A stretch of 8,109 bases of DNA, taken from positions 1 to 8,109 of the forward strand of contig BBVC01000096.1 of NCBI GenBank assembly GCA_001192655.1. The letters run 5' to 3'. Positions 7,071 to 8,109 of the stretch are shown here, piece by piece (the stretch's first letter is position 1; each line of letters opens with the position of its first letter). Both the position numbers and the translations under genes were made by a program. This DNA is from Caedimonas varicaedens (lineage in GTDB: Bacteria > Pseudomonadota > Alphaproteobacteria > Caedimonadales > Caedimonadaceae). The notes below the pieces were generated by a model. That model was given only the letters and a program-made list of their open reading frames with translations. It made no database searches and was not told where the DNA came from.

Positions 7071-7799
7071 TTAATGCAAGTGAAGCGAATCATGTAAATA
7101 AATACACGTTAAAATCGTGAAAACGTAAGCTTGTAAAAGCGCTACAAAAATTTCAAACGCCGTAAAGAAAATCAAAAAAGTAAAGGGTGCCCAAAAGCCC
7201 AGAAAACCCATAGCCACTGTAAATCCACCAAAAAGTTTCAACACCATATGACCTGCCATCATATTTGCAAAAAGACGAATGGCGAGCGTAATAGGTCTGA
7301 AACAATAGGCGATAATCTCGATGGGGATCAAAATAGGAGCAATTGCCCAGGGAACACCCTCTGGGAAAAAAAGTCGGAAAAATTTGAAGCCGTGCTTGAC
7401 GAGACCAATGATCGTCACAGTGATAAAAACGATCAGAGAGAGTGCAAAAGTAACAATAATATGGCTGGTGAACGTAAAGGAATAAGGAACCATTCCCCAA
7501 AGATTCCCAAAAAGAACAAAAAGAAAAAGGGAAAAAATAAAAGGAAAATATTTCTTGCCTTCTACACCCAGATTATCTTTCACCATAGAGCCAATAAAAT
7601 CATAGGTCATTTCAAAAAGAGATTGAATGCGCGAAGGGATAACCTTATCGCCCCGTACTGCTGCATATTGAAAACATAGGGCTGCTGCCGTCGTTAAAAC
7701 CATAAAGAGGGAGGAATTCGTAAAGGTAATATCATACCCCCCCATTTTCAGAGGGATAAGAGGCTTAACCAAAAACTGCTCAAGCGGATTACCAGACAT
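7071..7799 (-). CDS. atpB: F0F1 ATP synthase subunit a
   Basis: Polytopic membrane protein carrying the signature RPITLAIRLFANMMAGHMVL, which includes the essential Arg. It is followed by c, b' and b. I place the start at the ATG 7799 (MSGNPLEQF..., AGG 5 nt upstream). The track's TTG at 7811 has no SD. Confidence 0.92.
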   Translation of the reverse strand: MSGNPLEQFLVKPLIPLKMGGYDITFTNSSLFMVLTTAAALCFQYAAVRGDKVIPSRIQSLFEMTYDFIGSMVKDNLGVEGKKYFPFIFSLFLFVLFGNLWGMVPYSFTFTSHIIVTFALSLIVFITVTIIGLVKHGFKFFRLFFPEGVPWAIAPILIPIEIIAYCFRPITLAIRLFANMMAGHMVLKLFGGFTVAMGFLGFWAPFTFLIFFTAFEIFVALLQAYVFTILTCIYLHDSLHLH

Positions 7800-7831
7800 T
7801 AAAACCTGCAAACAATTGTGATAGTATTGAG

Positions 7832-7858
7832 AATATAGGTCTTTCCCCAGAGCGTCAA
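7832..7858 (-). promoter_or_regulatory. Candidate sigma70-type promoter for the atpB operon
   Basis: On the minus strand, TTGACG (7858-7853), a 15-nt spacer and TATATT (7837-7832) lie about 30 nt upstream of the atpB ATG. The hexamers are near consensus but the spacer is short, so this call is tentative. Confidence 0.3.
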
Positions 7859-7861
7859 TTG

Positions 7862-7884
7862 TATCCTCAAGTATGATGAGGATA
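7862..7884. promoter_or_regulatory. Perfect 8-bp inverted repeat TATCCTCA-N7-TGAGGATA, a possible regulator binding site
   Basis: Arms at 7862-7869 and 7877-7884 are exact reverse complements. The repeat lies immediately upstream, in the atp sense, of the candidate -35 element. No T-run follows it on the minus strand, so it is not a terminator for atp-direction transcription. Confidence 0.3.
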
Positions 7885-7989
7885 TTTCATTCAAAAAAAC
7901 AAAAAATTAGAATTGGGTGATTTTTGTAATAGGAAAGAAGACATCTTCAAAAACTTGACTAATAGTATAAAAATCTGATAGGTCTCTGA

Positions 7990-8008
7990 GATGATTTGCA
8001 TAATCATC
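7990..8008. promoter_or_regulatory. Perfect 7-bp inverted repeat GATGATT-TGCAT-AATCATC, a possible operator for the LysR-type regulator
   Basis: Arms at 7990-7996 and 8002-8008 are exact reverse complements, ending 22 nt upstream of the regulator ATG. The dyad does not fit the classical T-N11-A spacing; it reads G-N11-C or T-N13-A. Confidence 0.25.
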
Positions 8009-8030
8009 ATAAGATAAAGGAATTTTATTA

Positions 8031-8109
8031 ATGAATTTGGAGTGGGATCGTCTCAAGGTTTTTTATTACGTCGCCAAAGAAAAAAGCATTTCACGAGCGG
8101 CAGAGCGTC
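8031..8109 (+). CDS. LysR-family transcriptional regulator, N-terminal fragment (runs off the window)
   Basis: MNLEWDRLKVFYYVAKEKSISRAAER matches the LTTR N-terminal helix-turn-helix pattern (L..F..VA...S.S.AAE.L). Only 26 codons are visible. Confidence 0.65.
   Translation, partial: MNLEWDRLKVFYYVAKEKSISRAAER

Noticed and set aside
6548-7679. ORFs overlapping the atp genes: 6548-6742 +, 6897-7097 +, 7153-7500 -, 7248-7679 +
   Set aside because: They are antisense to, or out of frame with, the unmistakable b', c and a subunit frames. The K/N-rich or Cys-rich translations reflect the complement of Phe/Leu-rich membrane codons.
7800-7811. TTG-extended start of atpB given by the ORF track (TTG at 7811)
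   Set aside because: The extension lacks an SD and adds non-conserved-looking residues. The internal ATG at 7799 has an SD-like AGG upstream and gives a canonical subunit a N-terminus.
7862-7890. Inverted repeat 7862-7884 considered as a rho-independent terminator
   Set aside because: On the + strand it is followed only by TTTCATT and nothing is transcribed into it from a + strand gene. On the - strand no T-run follows it. A protein-binding dyad is more plausible.
7955-7984. TTGACT at 7955-7960 considered as the -35 element of the LysR-type gene promoter
   Set aside because: No acceptable -10 lies at 16-18 bp; the candidates are ATAGGT and TAGGTC. The nearby TATAAA at 7966-7971 is only 5 bp away. 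I cannot place the promoter confidently, so it is not reported as a feature.
1-8109. Scan for tRNA, rRNA, CRISPR repeats, toxin-immunity pairs or T6SS effector genes
   Set aside because: There are no periodic direct repeats and no cloverleaf-like GC-rich segments. No additional ORFs occur outside the annotated genes, and the intergenic space is too small to hide further genes.

Overview
AT-rich window (by eye well under 50% GC) with three blocks. (1) 1-227: debris of an IS630/Tc1-mariner-type insertion sequence. It has a transposase C-terminal remnant with no start codon, and its terminal 14-mer occurs twice in direct orientation. (2) 249-5754, + strand: the distal end of a type VI secretion (T6SS) locus. 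This comprises a 41-codon single-pass membrane ORF, a very long tssM/icmF (1412 aa, NTPase motifs intact) and a short-form tssA (375 aa). (3) 5793-7799, - strand, convergent with tssA: an alphaproteobacterial-style split F0 ATP synthase operon, atpB(a)-atpE(c)-atpF2(b')-atpF(b), with no atpI and no F1 genes attached. A 231-bp divergent control region follows, then the first 26 codons of a LysR-type regulator (8031-8109, + strand). I found no tRNA, rRNA, CRISPR array or convincing intrinsic terminator. I do not see a clearly new multi-gene system. The most unusual spot is the 222-386 junction. There the small membrane ORF abuts the IS end and sits in the same frame as tssM across a single TAG. 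It could be a truncated tssL tail or the detached first transmembrane helix of TssM. All protein-family calls rest on motif recognition by eye, not on searches.
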